A stretch of 64,000 nt of DNA from the UHGV virus genome UHGV-0286546. One strand, 5' to 3'. The stretch is from a virus. Shown here piece by piece: positions 54,405 through 62,975 of the stretch (within the stretch, counting starts at the first letter, position 1; each line of letters opens with the position of its first letter). A program made the position numbers and the translations under genes. A model generated the notes under the pieces. It was not told where the DNA came from. It worked only from the letters and a program-made list of their open reading frames with translations, and made no database searches.

Positions 54405-54509
54405 ATGACAATATTAAAAAGTGTTGCTATCGCGTTGGTTGTAGTTAAACCAGGTAGTAAAAGTCAGCAAACGTTGTTAGTTGTTGATGAGAAAGTAAAA
54501 ACCTATTGA
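54405..54509 (+). CDS. very small hydrophobic peptide (34 aa)
   Basis: Strong RBS AGGGAG; MTILKSVAIALVVVKPG... Confidence 0.35.
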   Translation: MTILKSVAIALVVVKPGSKSQQTLLVVDEKVKTY

Positions 54510-54523
54510 TAAGGAACAAAGCA

Positions 54524-54661
54524 ATGAACGATATAAAGGTTGATAAAGATCCTATAGGTTATTTGTGGCGTGTATGGTTATGTAACGTTATCATATTTGT
54601 AACTGATACACAAGCTCGTGCTGAAGAATTTGCTAAACTTTATAGAGGAGCAACACAGTGA
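54524..54661 (+). CDS. small hypothetical protein (45 aa)
   Basis: RBS AAGGAAC; stop overlaps GTG start of next gene. Confidence 0.35.
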   Translation: MNDIKVDKDPIGYLWRVWLCNVIIFVTDTQARAEEFAKLYRGATQ

Positions 54662-54849
54662 GTAAAACCTTGAAAAACCTAGCGTATTTAATCCTAATGA
54701 TGAGTGCGCTTATTTTAATGACAATATGCTTGATGACGCCGGATAAAACGAACGATGGTTATTTTACGGATATTGTTCGTTATTGGACGGATAATCAGTA
54801 TTATTGTGATAATTTTAACCCTAACTACTGTAAAGGAATAAAACCATGA
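54658..54849 (+). CDS. small membrane protein (63 aa, GTG start)
   Basis: RBS AGAGGAG; hydrophobic N-terminus. Confidence 0.5.
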   Translation: MSKTLKNLAYLILMMSALILMTICLMTPDKTNDGYFTDIVRYWTDNQYYCDNFNPNYCKGIKP

Positions 54850-55085
54850 GTGAGTTTATTACAGTAAACACGCTGGAGTTAAAACCAATAGATCCTAATA
54901 CGTTGGGACTTACTTATAAACTCACTGCGTGTGTGGATGTCAATAAAAGGATGGTTGAGTCATTTCGAACAATCAAAGATCCTTTTAATAAGAAGGCATA
55001 CGTTTTATTAACAATGACTTCTGGTAAAGAGTATGTCATTACTGAAGAATCTGAAACCTTACTTAGAGAGGAGATTGAACAATGA
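54846..55085 (+). CDS. hypothetical protein (79 aa)
   Basis: ORF, 4-nt overlap. Confidence 0.5.
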   Translation: MSEFITVNTLELKPIDPNTLGLTYKLTACVDVNKRMVESFRTIKDPFNKKAYVLLTMTSGKEYVITEESETLLREEIEQ

Positions 55086-55294
55086 GTATCGTAAATAAAA
55101 CAGATAGAGATTGGAATTACACAATGCTTGTAAGTACAGTCGATACATTAAAATCTTCACAAGGATTTTATTCAAGATTAGCGGCAGAGCTTGCTGAAAT
55201 GTCTGAGGAAGAAAAAGAGCAGCTTAAAGAACAGTTAGCTAATCAACCTAAGTTTAACGACTCATTAGATGTTGTTATGTTTTTAGAAGGTTAA
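55082..55294 (+). CDS. hypothetical protein (70 aa)
   Basis: ORF, 4-nt overlap. Confidence 0.5.
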   Translation: MSIVNKTDRDWNYTMLVSTVDTLKSSQGFYSRLAAELAEMSEEEKEQLKEQLANQPKFNDSLDVVMFLEG

Positions 55295-55308
55295 CAAAGG
55301 AGGCTACC

Positions 55309-55722
55309 GTGACAATACCTTATGTAACAGGTGACCAACTTAAAAATGCTGCAGACTATCTTGCTTCTACTAAAGAACAAGGTGGATGTTATCATTGGAA
55401 AGTTTGCAGTAAAGACGACAAAGATATTTCTGTTGTCTTAGGTTGGACAGATGGTTTTGATAAAGATGATCCTGATAAAGATAAATATCAAGATGATACT
55501 TGGAGACTTGCTGTTAAAGTAGGTTATCAACCGTCAAATAGTATGATGCAATGTGATTATGATGTAGACTTTAATCTTCCATACTGGCCAGAAAATGGTG
55601 ATGTTTTGGATGAATGTGAACGCGTCATCTATGAAACCACTGACTTTGGAATACTTGCTAAGGATATAAATAGCAATGTAAATTGGGTAATCGAGCATTG
55701 GAAGGAGTTAGGACATGATTAA
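55309..55722 (+). CDS. hypothetical acidic protein (137 aa)
   Basis: ORF with RBS AAGGAGG. Confidence 0.55.
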   Translation: MTIPYVTGDQLKNAADYLASTKEQGGCYHWKVCSKDDKDISVVLGWTDGFDKDDPDKDKYQDDTWRLAVKVGYQPSNSMMQCDYDVDFNLPYWPENGDVLDECERVIYETTDFGILAKDINSNVNWVIEHWKELGHD

Positions 55723-56065
55723 AACACTGTGTGATGTGGAAATAATTATATCTGAAGACAATGAAGTCTCATATAATTATAAAGGAGTACTCTATACCAA
55801 AGAAAAATTTGAAGAGAGATTCCTTCCTAAGTCCAAAAAGTTTGCGTTAATCTATACAGACTATGGTGATACCTGTGATGGTTTAGCTAGAGTGTCTGGG
55901 GTATATGATACATTCAGAGAAGCGCAGATTGAAATGAACAAAGATGTTGAACACTTTAAAAAAGTAAACAGTCAATATCCTGACGAAGCTTCTGATGATA
56001 ACTACATTGTATTAGGTGATACATTTGATGGTTGTCAATGGCAAATCTTAGAAATGGAAGTATGA
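55715..56065 (+). CDS. hypothetical protein (116 aa)
   Basis: ORF. Confidence 0.5.
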   Translation: MIKTLCDVEIIISEDNEVSYNYKGVLYTKEKFEERFLPKSKKFALIYTDYGDTCDGLARVSGVYDTFREAQIEMNKDVEHFKKVNSQYPDEASDDNYIVLGDTFDGCQWQILEMEV

Positions 56066-56128
56066 AACAACTAAAAACTATGAATTATTATGTACTTTTA
56101 ACCTAACCACATTAAAGGAGAATAAATT

Positions 56129-56530
56129 ATGACTAATATGTGTAATGATGATGACCATGAATTTGTTGGCATGGACATGTGCATATATTGTGGTGAATGT
56201 AAACAATTGCTATTACAACCACATTTTTTCAAAGATGCAAATGGTGAAATGAAACCAAAAAGAGGTATTCGTAAATATCAATCAACGAGTCCTGAACCTT
56301 GTGACAAATGTAAAAAGAAGTTTGAAGAGGATGGAGTTGTACCTATGATTGAAGCAACTCGCGGTCATAAAGGTGAGCCTATCTTTGGTAAGAGATACAT
56401 CTTCATGAGAAGAGAAGCTATTCAGGGTCAAGAGTTTATTGACTTTATGAATAAACACGGATACTTAATCTGTGAACCTGAATTTATTGATACAGTGTTA
56501 GCTAAACATAAGGAACAAATGAATGTGTGA
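56129..56530 (+). CDS. Cys-rich zinc-finger-like protein (133 aa)
   Basis: CIYCGEC ... CDKCKKKF. Confidence 0.5.
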   Translation: MTNMCNDDDHEFVGMDMCIYCGECKQLLLQPHFFKDANGEMKPKRGIRKYQSTSPEPCDKCKKKFEEDGVVPMIEATRGHKGEPIFGKRYIFMRREAIQGQEFIDFMNKHGYLICEPEFIDTVLAKHKEQMNV

Positions 56531-56750
56531 TGACATTAAAAAGTTAGAGGAAGAACTCAAGCAAGCTGAATATGATGAAACAGATGCATATGGAACGTAT
56601 ATGTATTATGAATGTGCAGACCGAGGATATGATTATGCAGCTGCCTCAAAAGCGTGTGATGATTATCATAAAGCAAGTCAACGAGTGAAAGACCTCAAAG
56701 AAAAACTTGAAAGCCTACGTAAAAAGGTTAATGGTATTAAAAATGAATGA
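56523..56750 (+). CDS. hypothetical protein (75 aa)
   Basis: ORF. Confidence 0.5.
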   Translation: MCDDIKKLEEELKQAEYDETDAYGTYMYYECADRGYDYAAASKACDDYHKASQRVKDLKEKLESLRKKVNGIKNE

Positions 56751-56805
56751 TACCATGTAAAACATATTATTATGAATCTTCTACACTAACTGAAAGGAGT
56801 GTGAC

Positions 56806-57090
56806 ATGTCTAAGAAACTAAAAGAAGTCTTTACGGTTGATTTAAATACACAGGATGAAGATAATCAAGGTCGTCCTGTATATGTTGTATCGACCAGAAA
56901 AGAAGCTGAAAGGAGAGTGCGAATCCTTAATGAGCAAGAAGCTTGGGGAGTTGAACTTACTGAGGATAAGTTGGATATTAGTGATTGTGATGAGAATTAC
57001 AGAGTAATCAGTTGTGGTCGTCCTCATAGATTTTATAACGTAGGATCATTTGAAGTAGATGGTCCTTTTTATGAAGAAGAAAGTGAATGA
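56806..57090 (+). CDS. hypothetical protein (94 aa)
   Basis: ORF with RBS AAAGGAG. Confidence 0.5.
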   Translation: MSKKLKEVFTVDLNTQDEDNQGRPVYVVSTRKEAERRVRILNEQEAWGVELTEDKLDISDCDENYRVISCGRPHRFYNVGSFEVDGPFYEEESE

Positions 57091-57091
57091 T

Positions 57092-57331
57092 ATGAATAAA
57101 GATTCAAAGCAAACTTTATATATGGTTGCTTATTGGTTTTTCTGTGATGTAGAAAGTATGGTTATTGAAGCTTTCGAAACTCAAGAAGAAGCAGACAAAT
57201 TTGAAGAACTTGTCTGGGATAAATGCCAAGATGCACATATTGAATGTGATGTTGTTACTTATATTGGCACAACAAATCGATATAATGATGCTTTAAGTAA
57301 CCTCAATAAGTTACTAAATGAAGAAAAATGA
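57092..57331 (+). CDS. hypothetical protein (start ambiguous 57059/57074/57092)
   Basis: ORF. Confidence 0.45.
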   Translation: MNKDSKQTLYMVAYWFFCDVESMVIEAFETQEEADKFEELVWDKCQDAHIECDVVTYIGTTNRYNDALSNLNKLLNEEK

Positions 57332-57349
57332 TAATAAGGAGTAAAAAAC

Positions 57350-58009
57350 ATGGGAAATCGTGCAGTAATCACAGATGCTGAAAAGAAAATCGGTGTATAT
57401 CTTCATTGGAACGGTGGACGAGATACAATCGAACCGCTTTTGGCATACTGTAAATTAAAAGGATACAGGGATGTAGAGAATGATCCTAGTTATGCCTTTG
57501 CGAGATTAACACAGGTTATTGCTAACTTTTTTGGTGGTAGTAATTCCCTTGGTGTTGGACTTTTCAGTGAGCTTGATACTGATAACATGGACAATGGTAC
57601 ATATGTTATTGGTAAAGATTGGAAGATTGTTGACAGACTGTTCTTTAAAGGTTTCGAACAAGATCATTATAAATTCTTACCTATGCTGCGTGCACTTAAT
57701 GATAGTCAACCAAAAAAAGAACAACTTGATAATATAGAGTTAGTCAAGTATTGTTTACAGAACGGTATATCCTTAGAAGATGACTGTGATCGTGAACATG
57801 TTATTGATGCCAATGGATTTGATGAAACAGTTGGATACATTATTAAAGATCTTAATATAGAGATTGATGTCACTCGGATTAAAACAATGTATCAAACCGA
57901 GTCAGACAATTTCGAATTAGAATTAGTCAACGGTCTCAAATATCCTATTAGCTCTAATGACGCCAACCTAATCATGGCTAAAATTGCAACCCTTAACAAT
58001 CCGGAGTAA
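57350..58009 (+). CDS. hypothetical protein (219 aa)
   Basis: ORF with RBS AAGGAG. Confidence 0.55.
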   Translation: MGNRAVITDAEKKIGVYLHWNGGRDTIEPLLAYCKLKGYRDVENDPSYAFARLTQVIANFFGGSNSLGVGLFSELDTDNMDNGTYVIGKDWKIVDRLFFKGFEQDHYKFLPMLRALNDSQPKKEQLDNIELVKYCLQNGISLEDDCDREHVIDANGFDETVGYIIKDLNIEIDVTRIKTMYQTESDNFELELVNGLKYPISSNDANLIMAKIATLNNPE

Positions 58010-58013
58010 ATAA

Positions 58014-58211
58014 ATGGCAACACCTAAATCATTAAAACCTATTCCAGCAGATGAAGCACGAGCCTTGATTGAAAAACATCTTAAGGCAGGAACAGGTTTT
58101 TACGAATATCCTGATAATGTCGGTGATTTCGTATATCAAACAAAACGAGGAGTGTATCTAATCCGTGAAAACTTTGGAGGTAGATATGAAACCGGTAAAA
58201 TCAGCGACTAA
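58014..58211 (+). CDS. hypothetical protein (65 aa)
   Basis: ORF. Confidence 0.5.
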   Translation: MATPKSLKPIPADEARALIEKHLKAGTGFYEYPDNVGDFVYQTKRGVYLIRENFGGRYETGKISD

Positions 58212-58461
58212 TAATCTTTTGTTTGTAAACGTGAGAACCTATACACCAAATGTAAGGTTTGATACTGATGGTTTAAATGATGATGTGGAACTTGTAGAAG
58301 ATAACTGCATCAGATTAAACATTTTACAAATCTGTTATATCGAACCTTATAAACATCTAGGTTTCACATACTATAAATTGGTAATGACAAATGGACAATC
58401 CATAGTTACCGATAAGTTTTCATTTTCTTCTATTGATAAACTTATACAAGGAGGTGATTAA
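58186..58461 (+). CDS. hypothetical protein (start at ATG after GGAGG RBS)
   Basis: GGAGGTAGAT-ATG. Confidence 0.5.
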   Translation: MKPVKSATNNLLFVNVRTYTPNVRFDTDGLNDDVELVEDNCIRLNILQICYIEPYKHLGFTYYKLVMTNGQSIVTDKFSFSSIDKLIQGGD

Positions 58462-58462
58462 A

Positions 58463-58915
58463 ATGACAAATAGACAGTGGCAAACATGTGAAAAATGTGG
58501 AAAACAATATATCGATGAAGAATCTGATATATGTCCACAGTGTCAAGATGAATTGTATTGTGAGCTTAATAATCTTGAAGACGTAACACCAAAATCTGAA
58601 AATGTTACTTGGTCTGCATCGGGTGTTGTTATTGGTAAAGACTTCTATGGTAATGCGGGAAGTTATCCTGCTTTAAACTACGCGAGTTTTGATACTAAAG
58701 AACACCTGCTTGAAAAGATAAATACGGACTTTGCAGACAACTGTCTTGATGCAGGTTTTGGTTTTGACCGTCTACTTGCTGCTAGGATGCATGTATGTAT
58801 GAAGCATACCATAGTAATTGATGGTAAAGATTATACACATGAAGAATGGCAGAATGTGGATATTGGTGACACAAGTCTTATTGATAAACTAACCAAGGAG
58901 AACGGCAATGAATGA
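58463..58915 (+). CDS. zinc-ribbon protein (start at ATG after AAGGAGGTG RBS)
   Basis: CEKCGKQY...CPQCQ. Confidence 0.55.
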   Translation: MTNRQWQTCEKCGKQYIDEESDICPQCQDELYCELNNLEDVTPKSENVTWSASGVVIGKDFYGNAGSYPALNYASFDTKEHLLEKINTDFADNCLDAGFGFDRLLAARMHVCMKHTIVIDGKDYTHEEWQNVDIGDTSLIDKLTKENGNE

Positions 58916-59177
58916 AGATATAGAAGTCGGTGATATTATTTCAAAGATGTATGGTTACAATATGACCTTATATAAATTTTATCGTGTTGAACGTATAACT
59001 GGTCGGAGTATGTTCCTTCAAGAGATTGGTAAGACAATTGTAGATGGAGATTATATGACTCCGAAAGTTATACCTAATCCAAAAGAGTTAAAAGGAGGTG
59101 TAATTCGTAAGAGTTTAAATACTTATGTAGGTAATAAATGGGATGGTAAGCCTTTACAAGAAGATCGTTGGGATTAA
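58908..59177 (+). CDS. hypothetical protein (89 aa)
   Basis: ORF. Confidence 0.5.
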   Translation: MNEDIEVGDIISKMYGYNMTLYKFYRVERITGRSMFLQEIGKTIVDGDYMTPKVIPNPKELKGGVIRKSLNTYVGNKWDGKPLQEDRWD

Positions 59178-59264
59178 TTTTTGTAAAAATTTTTTCAATT
59201 TATTAACTATTTTTTAGTAATTTTATGATATGTATTAACCAACCACAACGAAAGGAAACAAAAA

Positions 59265-59627
59265 ATGTATGTACTTAATACTGTCACTACCGAAGAACAG
59301 TTTAAAGAATTGTATGATGCATCTGCTTATACGATAACTGGTGCTGGTGGTGATTTAAGTGAATGGATGAAAGGTATTAACGATGGATTGCAGCAACGTA
59401 AAATCGGCTCAGTCTCTCAGTTTTATACCTTTAAGGGTGCAGATATGAACAGAGTCTATAACTTAAAAGGTGATGTGATGTATCAAGATGATTTGACATT
59501 CCTCGCCTTTAAGTTAGATGGCTTGAATGTTGGTAAGTTGTCAATGCTCAAGTTAGAAATGGGTGACAGATGGTTTGACGATATTGTAGATAATAACCGT
59601 CACTTCAATAAACGTTTGTTGAACTAA
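59265..59627 (+). CDS. hypothetical protein (120 aa)
   Basis: Preceded by AACCAACC-N-GAAAGGAAA motif. Confidence 0.55.
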   Translation: MYVLNTVTTEEQFKELYDASAYTITGAGGDLSEWMKGINDGLQQRKIGSVSQFYTFKGADMNRVYNLKGDVMYQDDLTFLAFKLDGLNVGKLSMLKLEMGDRWFDDIVDNNRHFNKRLLN

Positions 59628-59637
59628 GGAGTGTGTG

Positions 59638-59832
59638 ATGACAGACAAACAACTGCGAAAACTGGCTAAAGAAGAATACCTTGATTGTCGTGAGTGTGGT
59701 CATTATCCTGAATTTATTACTGATTGCTGTGAGCTAAGTGATGAAGAAGAAAAAATGTATGCCTCTGAATATGATATGACTATCGAGGAATTCAGAAAGT
59801 ACAAAGCATATCTTGAAGAATTGTGTAACTAA
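59638..59832 (+). CDS. small Cys-containing protein
   Basis: RBS AAGGAGTG then ATG. Confidence 0.5.
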   Translation: MTDKQLRKLAKEEYLDCRECGHYPEFITDCCELSDEEEKMYASEYDMTIEEFRKYKAYLEELCN

Positions 59833-59893
59833 ATAAATAAGTATTATTATGTTTTTTTGTTTAAACCCAACCGTAGAATGAAAGGAAAGTACA

Positions 59894-60523
59894 ATGGGAA
59901 AATCAAGTCGTATACAAATTGAAGATGAAGTTTTTGATAGCTTAAAAGATGCTGCAGACTTCCTCGGTATTAATGATTATGATCTATCTGGTAAGCTGGA
60001 TGATTGTGAAGAAAAAGTCATTAAAGGTTTTAAAGTTAGAAGATTGGATCCAAGAGTATCTCGTTTGTGTGGTGCAATCTATTGTAATAAAACCGGTAAA
60101 TTGTACAAGAATGCAGTTATCCTCGGTAAGTGTTTGAAAGTAAATCCTACGTATATCTCTAATGAATTACGTAAGAACAACAAGTATGTTGACCGGTTTA
60201 ATAATACATATCGTCGGGTACAGAATCCTGAAAACTTCGATATGTCTAAAGCGATTGATACCATCGAGCCAGTTACTTTACATGCTGTATCATTGGTTGA
60301 AACGCAGAAACCGGTTGTACAGAATGAACCGTCTACATATATCGAACCTGCACCGGTAGCTAAGCCTGAGGTAAAAGAATCGGTTGTTGAAGATGATAGT
60401 GACATCCTAAATGATTTGGAAAAACTTACCGTAAGATTCTTGAATAAAAGAGATTACAGTACAGTTGAAGGTCTTCTGGATGTTATGAAAAAGATTACTT
60501 CTGAAAAAACAAATCTAGCTTGA
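59894..60523 (+). CDS. protein with two NUMOD1/IENR1-like HTH repeats (homing-endonuclease DNA-binding module without a nuclease domain)
   Basis: VFDSLKDAADFLGINDYDLSGKL and LYKNAVILGKCLKVNPTYISNEL resemble FxSxxEAAxxLGxxxSxI repeats; preceded by AACCCAACC motif. Confidence 0.45.
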   Translation: MGKSSRIQIEDEVFDSLKDAADFLGINDYDLSGKLDDCEEKVIKGFKVRRLDPRVSRLCGAIYCNKTGKLYKNAVILGKCLKVNPTYISNELRKNNKYVDRFNNTYRRVQNPENFDMSKAIDTIEPVTLHAVSLVETQKPVVQNEPSTYIEPAPVAKPEVKESVVEDDSDILNDLEKLTVRFLNKRDYSTVEGLLDVMKKITSEKTNLA

Positions 60524-60537
60524 GGGAGAATAGAAAC

Positions 60538-61026
60538 ATGACTGACCAAACTGTAAAGAAAATTAAACGGAAAGATGATTATACCTTAGAAGAATTGCGG
60601 GCATTAATCGCTGAAATGGATGAGAGTATAGGTCGTCAGCATGGAAAATCCGGTAAAATCTTTGAAGACGAAGAAAAAGAAAAGAACAGACTTTGGAATA
60701 ACTATTGTTCAAGAAAGTCTCGTGAGCGTAGAAGAAAAGTTGAGAAAGACCAGGAAAAATCATTCATGGAAGCTCATGGTTTAAGCGCTGACGAAGACGA
60801 GTACGGAATAAGACCTGTTGATGAAAGGAGATATATACGATGCTTCCACTCTGGTTACATTGATGCTCCAGTCTATCGTAAATACGTACAACGAATGACT
60901 GGCTTAAGTCTTAAACAAATCTGTATCCTACAAAAGCGTACAGGTTTAATTCCAGTTCCTGCTGTCGGTGATGCTGAAGCTGAGAAAGACTGGAAAGAAA
61001 GATATGAGCGTGGCGATATTTATTAA
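60538..61026 (+). CDS. hypothetical basic protein (start at ATG after AGGGAGA)
   Basis: ORF. Confidence 0.5.
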   Translation: MTDQTVKKIKRKDDYTLEELRALIAEMDESIGRQHGKSGKIFEDEEKEKNRLWNNYCSRKSRERRRKVEKDQEKSFMEAHGLSADEDEYGIRPVDERRYIRCFHSGYIDAPVYRKYVQRMTGLSLKQICILQKRTGLIPVPAVGDAEAEKDWKERYERGDIY

Positions 61027-61365
61027 TGGTAAAAAAATAATTTTCCACGGCAACTAAAATGTGATATATATAATATTGTTTTATGAGCTAAACAATATTT
61101 AAATAACAATCGGAATTGGTCCGGTTGTATAACTGAAAGGCACTAAAATATAAAACGTAATTAAGGTTCAAGGCGACTATGATAATTCTACAGAGTAATC
61201 CTTTTTATGATATTCACTAACAACTAGTACACGATTACTTTGTATATCACGCTCGGCTGGTAAAATGTAAGTTGCGTTAAGATTTACAAACCTACAGAGT
61301 TTTCCCTTTTTCCTTGTGGTTGGGGAAAGAATCCTGGACATGATTATAAACTGTCTTTCTGTCGC

Positions 61366-61420
61366 GAAGAGGTATTTAATTATTGAGTACATTGTAGTTA
61401 GATACCTCTTCTTTTTATTC
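61366..61420 (+). terminator. 10-bp perfect hairpin GAAGAGGTAT...ATACCTCTTC + TTTTTATTC, ending an ORF-poor 435-bp spacer
   Basis: Inverted repeat + T run. Confidence 0.5.
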
Positions 61421-61461
61421 AACCCTATACTGTAAATGTATAACATCTAAGGAGATCAATT

Positions 61462-61779
61462 ATGACAAAACAGATTAAAACGTTAACTGACAAACAGATT
61501 GAAGAGTTGGTTAAAGCTTACGTAGAATATAAAAACGCTGAACAGAAATTTAAAGACCTTAAAGAAAAATATACCAAAGACTTGGTCGAAGGTAAATTTT
61601 CAGCTGAAGGCATTGGTGAAGTTATTAAAACCAAGTTTGTAAGGTCTTCCCTCAATTCCACAAGATTATCAGAAGAACACCCTGAAATCAACCTTGATGA
61701 ATATAAAGATTCCACTGAATCAACAAGTGTAACCATTAAAAATAAAATGGTTAACAATAAAGTTCTTGGTATATTCTAA
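61462..61779 (+). CDS. hypothetical protein (105 aa)
   Basis: RBS AAGGAG. Confidence 0.55.
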   Translation: MTKQIKTLTDKQIEELVKAYVEYKNAEQKFKDLKEKYTKDLVEGKFSAEGIGEVIKTKFVRSSLNSTRLSEEHPEINLDEYKDSTESTSVTIKNKMVNNKVLGIF

Positions 61780-61790
61780 AGGAGAATGCC

Positions 61791-62810
61791 ATGAAGACAA
61801 TTGAAGAATGGTTTCAAGGTTTAACTGAGACCCAACAAGACTACATCAAAAGAACTGCTAACGGTTTTGATGTAAATGTTCCGGGTTATTTCGAATTCGA
61901 TAAAGACTTAGATGCAGATAAAATACTTAGTTTTATTGCGCGAGGTCGTTTAGATAGTGCAGGATCTACAAATACGGAACGTAAAGAAGCCAATTTGTTT
62001 CTAGTCTATAGTCTGAATAAATGTAACAAAGAGTTACTATCTGATGATATGTTCATAACTTACCTAGATAATACATATTATGATGCTTCTTACGTACGTA
62101 AATACCTATCTAAAGAAATTTATCTGAAATTTCTCGAAAGTAAATATAGCAGATATGGTGAAGGAATATATGACTTAGACCAATTGCTTATTAGTACTGA
62201 AGACTTTGATAATATCAATTGGAATAAACTCAAAAATTCTTCTGGTTTCTGTAACGAAGAACTGTTTGGTATCATGGGTAAAGAAAAAGCTAAGGAATGG
62301 TTAAAAGAACATCCTGCAGCTTTTGATATTTATCGTGATGAGGAACGTCCACTTATTGATGAACTCTTTGATGAGTTATTCTTTGGTGAAGATGGATGGT
62401 GTGAATCAGATAAAATGGTAGTAGTTAGAAGGTATGCTGCACATCAATATCGTTTTGATGATCTGTTAAAGCGAATTGTTTGTGTAGATAAAAAGTATTA
62501 CAAGTATATCTATCCATTCATTGAAAATCGCACAGCTATGGCAAATGAAATCTATACAGCAAAGAAATCGGAGGAAGAGCTAACCGGTAATGAAACGGTA
62601 GAACAAGTTTATAGATATTCGAAAGAAATACGTAAGCTTGCTCAAATCGCTGCATGCTGTGTCAGAGGAAATATCAGTAAAGCAATGACAGGTACACTTG
62701 CTGAAGTCGCAGGACTTATGAAGATATACCAATATGACTTCGATAAGATCTTTGCGTGTATGTATCCTGAAACAATTGAAGATGATGAGGAGGAATACCA
62801 GGAAGCTTAA
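61791..62810 (+). CDS. hypothetical protein (339 aa)
   Basis: RBS AAGGAG. Confidence 0.55.
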   Translation: MKTIEEWFQGLTETQQDYIKRTANGFDVNVPGYFEFDKDLDADKILSFIARGRLDSAGSTNTERKEANLFLVYSLNKCNKELLSDDMFITYLDNTYYDASYVRKYLSKEIYLKFLESKYSRYGEGIYDLDQLLISTEDFDNINWNKLKNSSGFCNEELFGIMGKEKAKEWLKEHPAAFDIYRDEERPLIDELFDELFFGEDGWCESDKMVVVRRYAAHQYRFDDLLKRIVCVDKKYYKYIYPFIENRTAMANEIYTAKKSEEELTGNETVEQVYRYSKEIRKLAQIAACCVRGNISKAMTGTLAEVAGLMKIYQYDFDKIFACMYPETIEDDEEEYQEA

Positions 62811-62975
62811 GTAACTGATTTGGTTTAATTTTCAGGTAGTGAAACATGTATTTATTGAAGTAACTACCTTTTTTAATTACCATGTTAAAAAAATATATTT
62901 TCATGGTGAATCAATTGTAGTATATAAACAAACGTATTTTATAATATAACCCAACCAAAATTAGGAGAAAATGTT

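Noticed and set aside
61177-61446. 89-aa minus-strand ORF in the 61.0-61.5 kb spacer
   Set aside because: Runs through a strong plus-strand terminator hairpin; opposite to all neighbouring genes; no RBS; more likely non-coding
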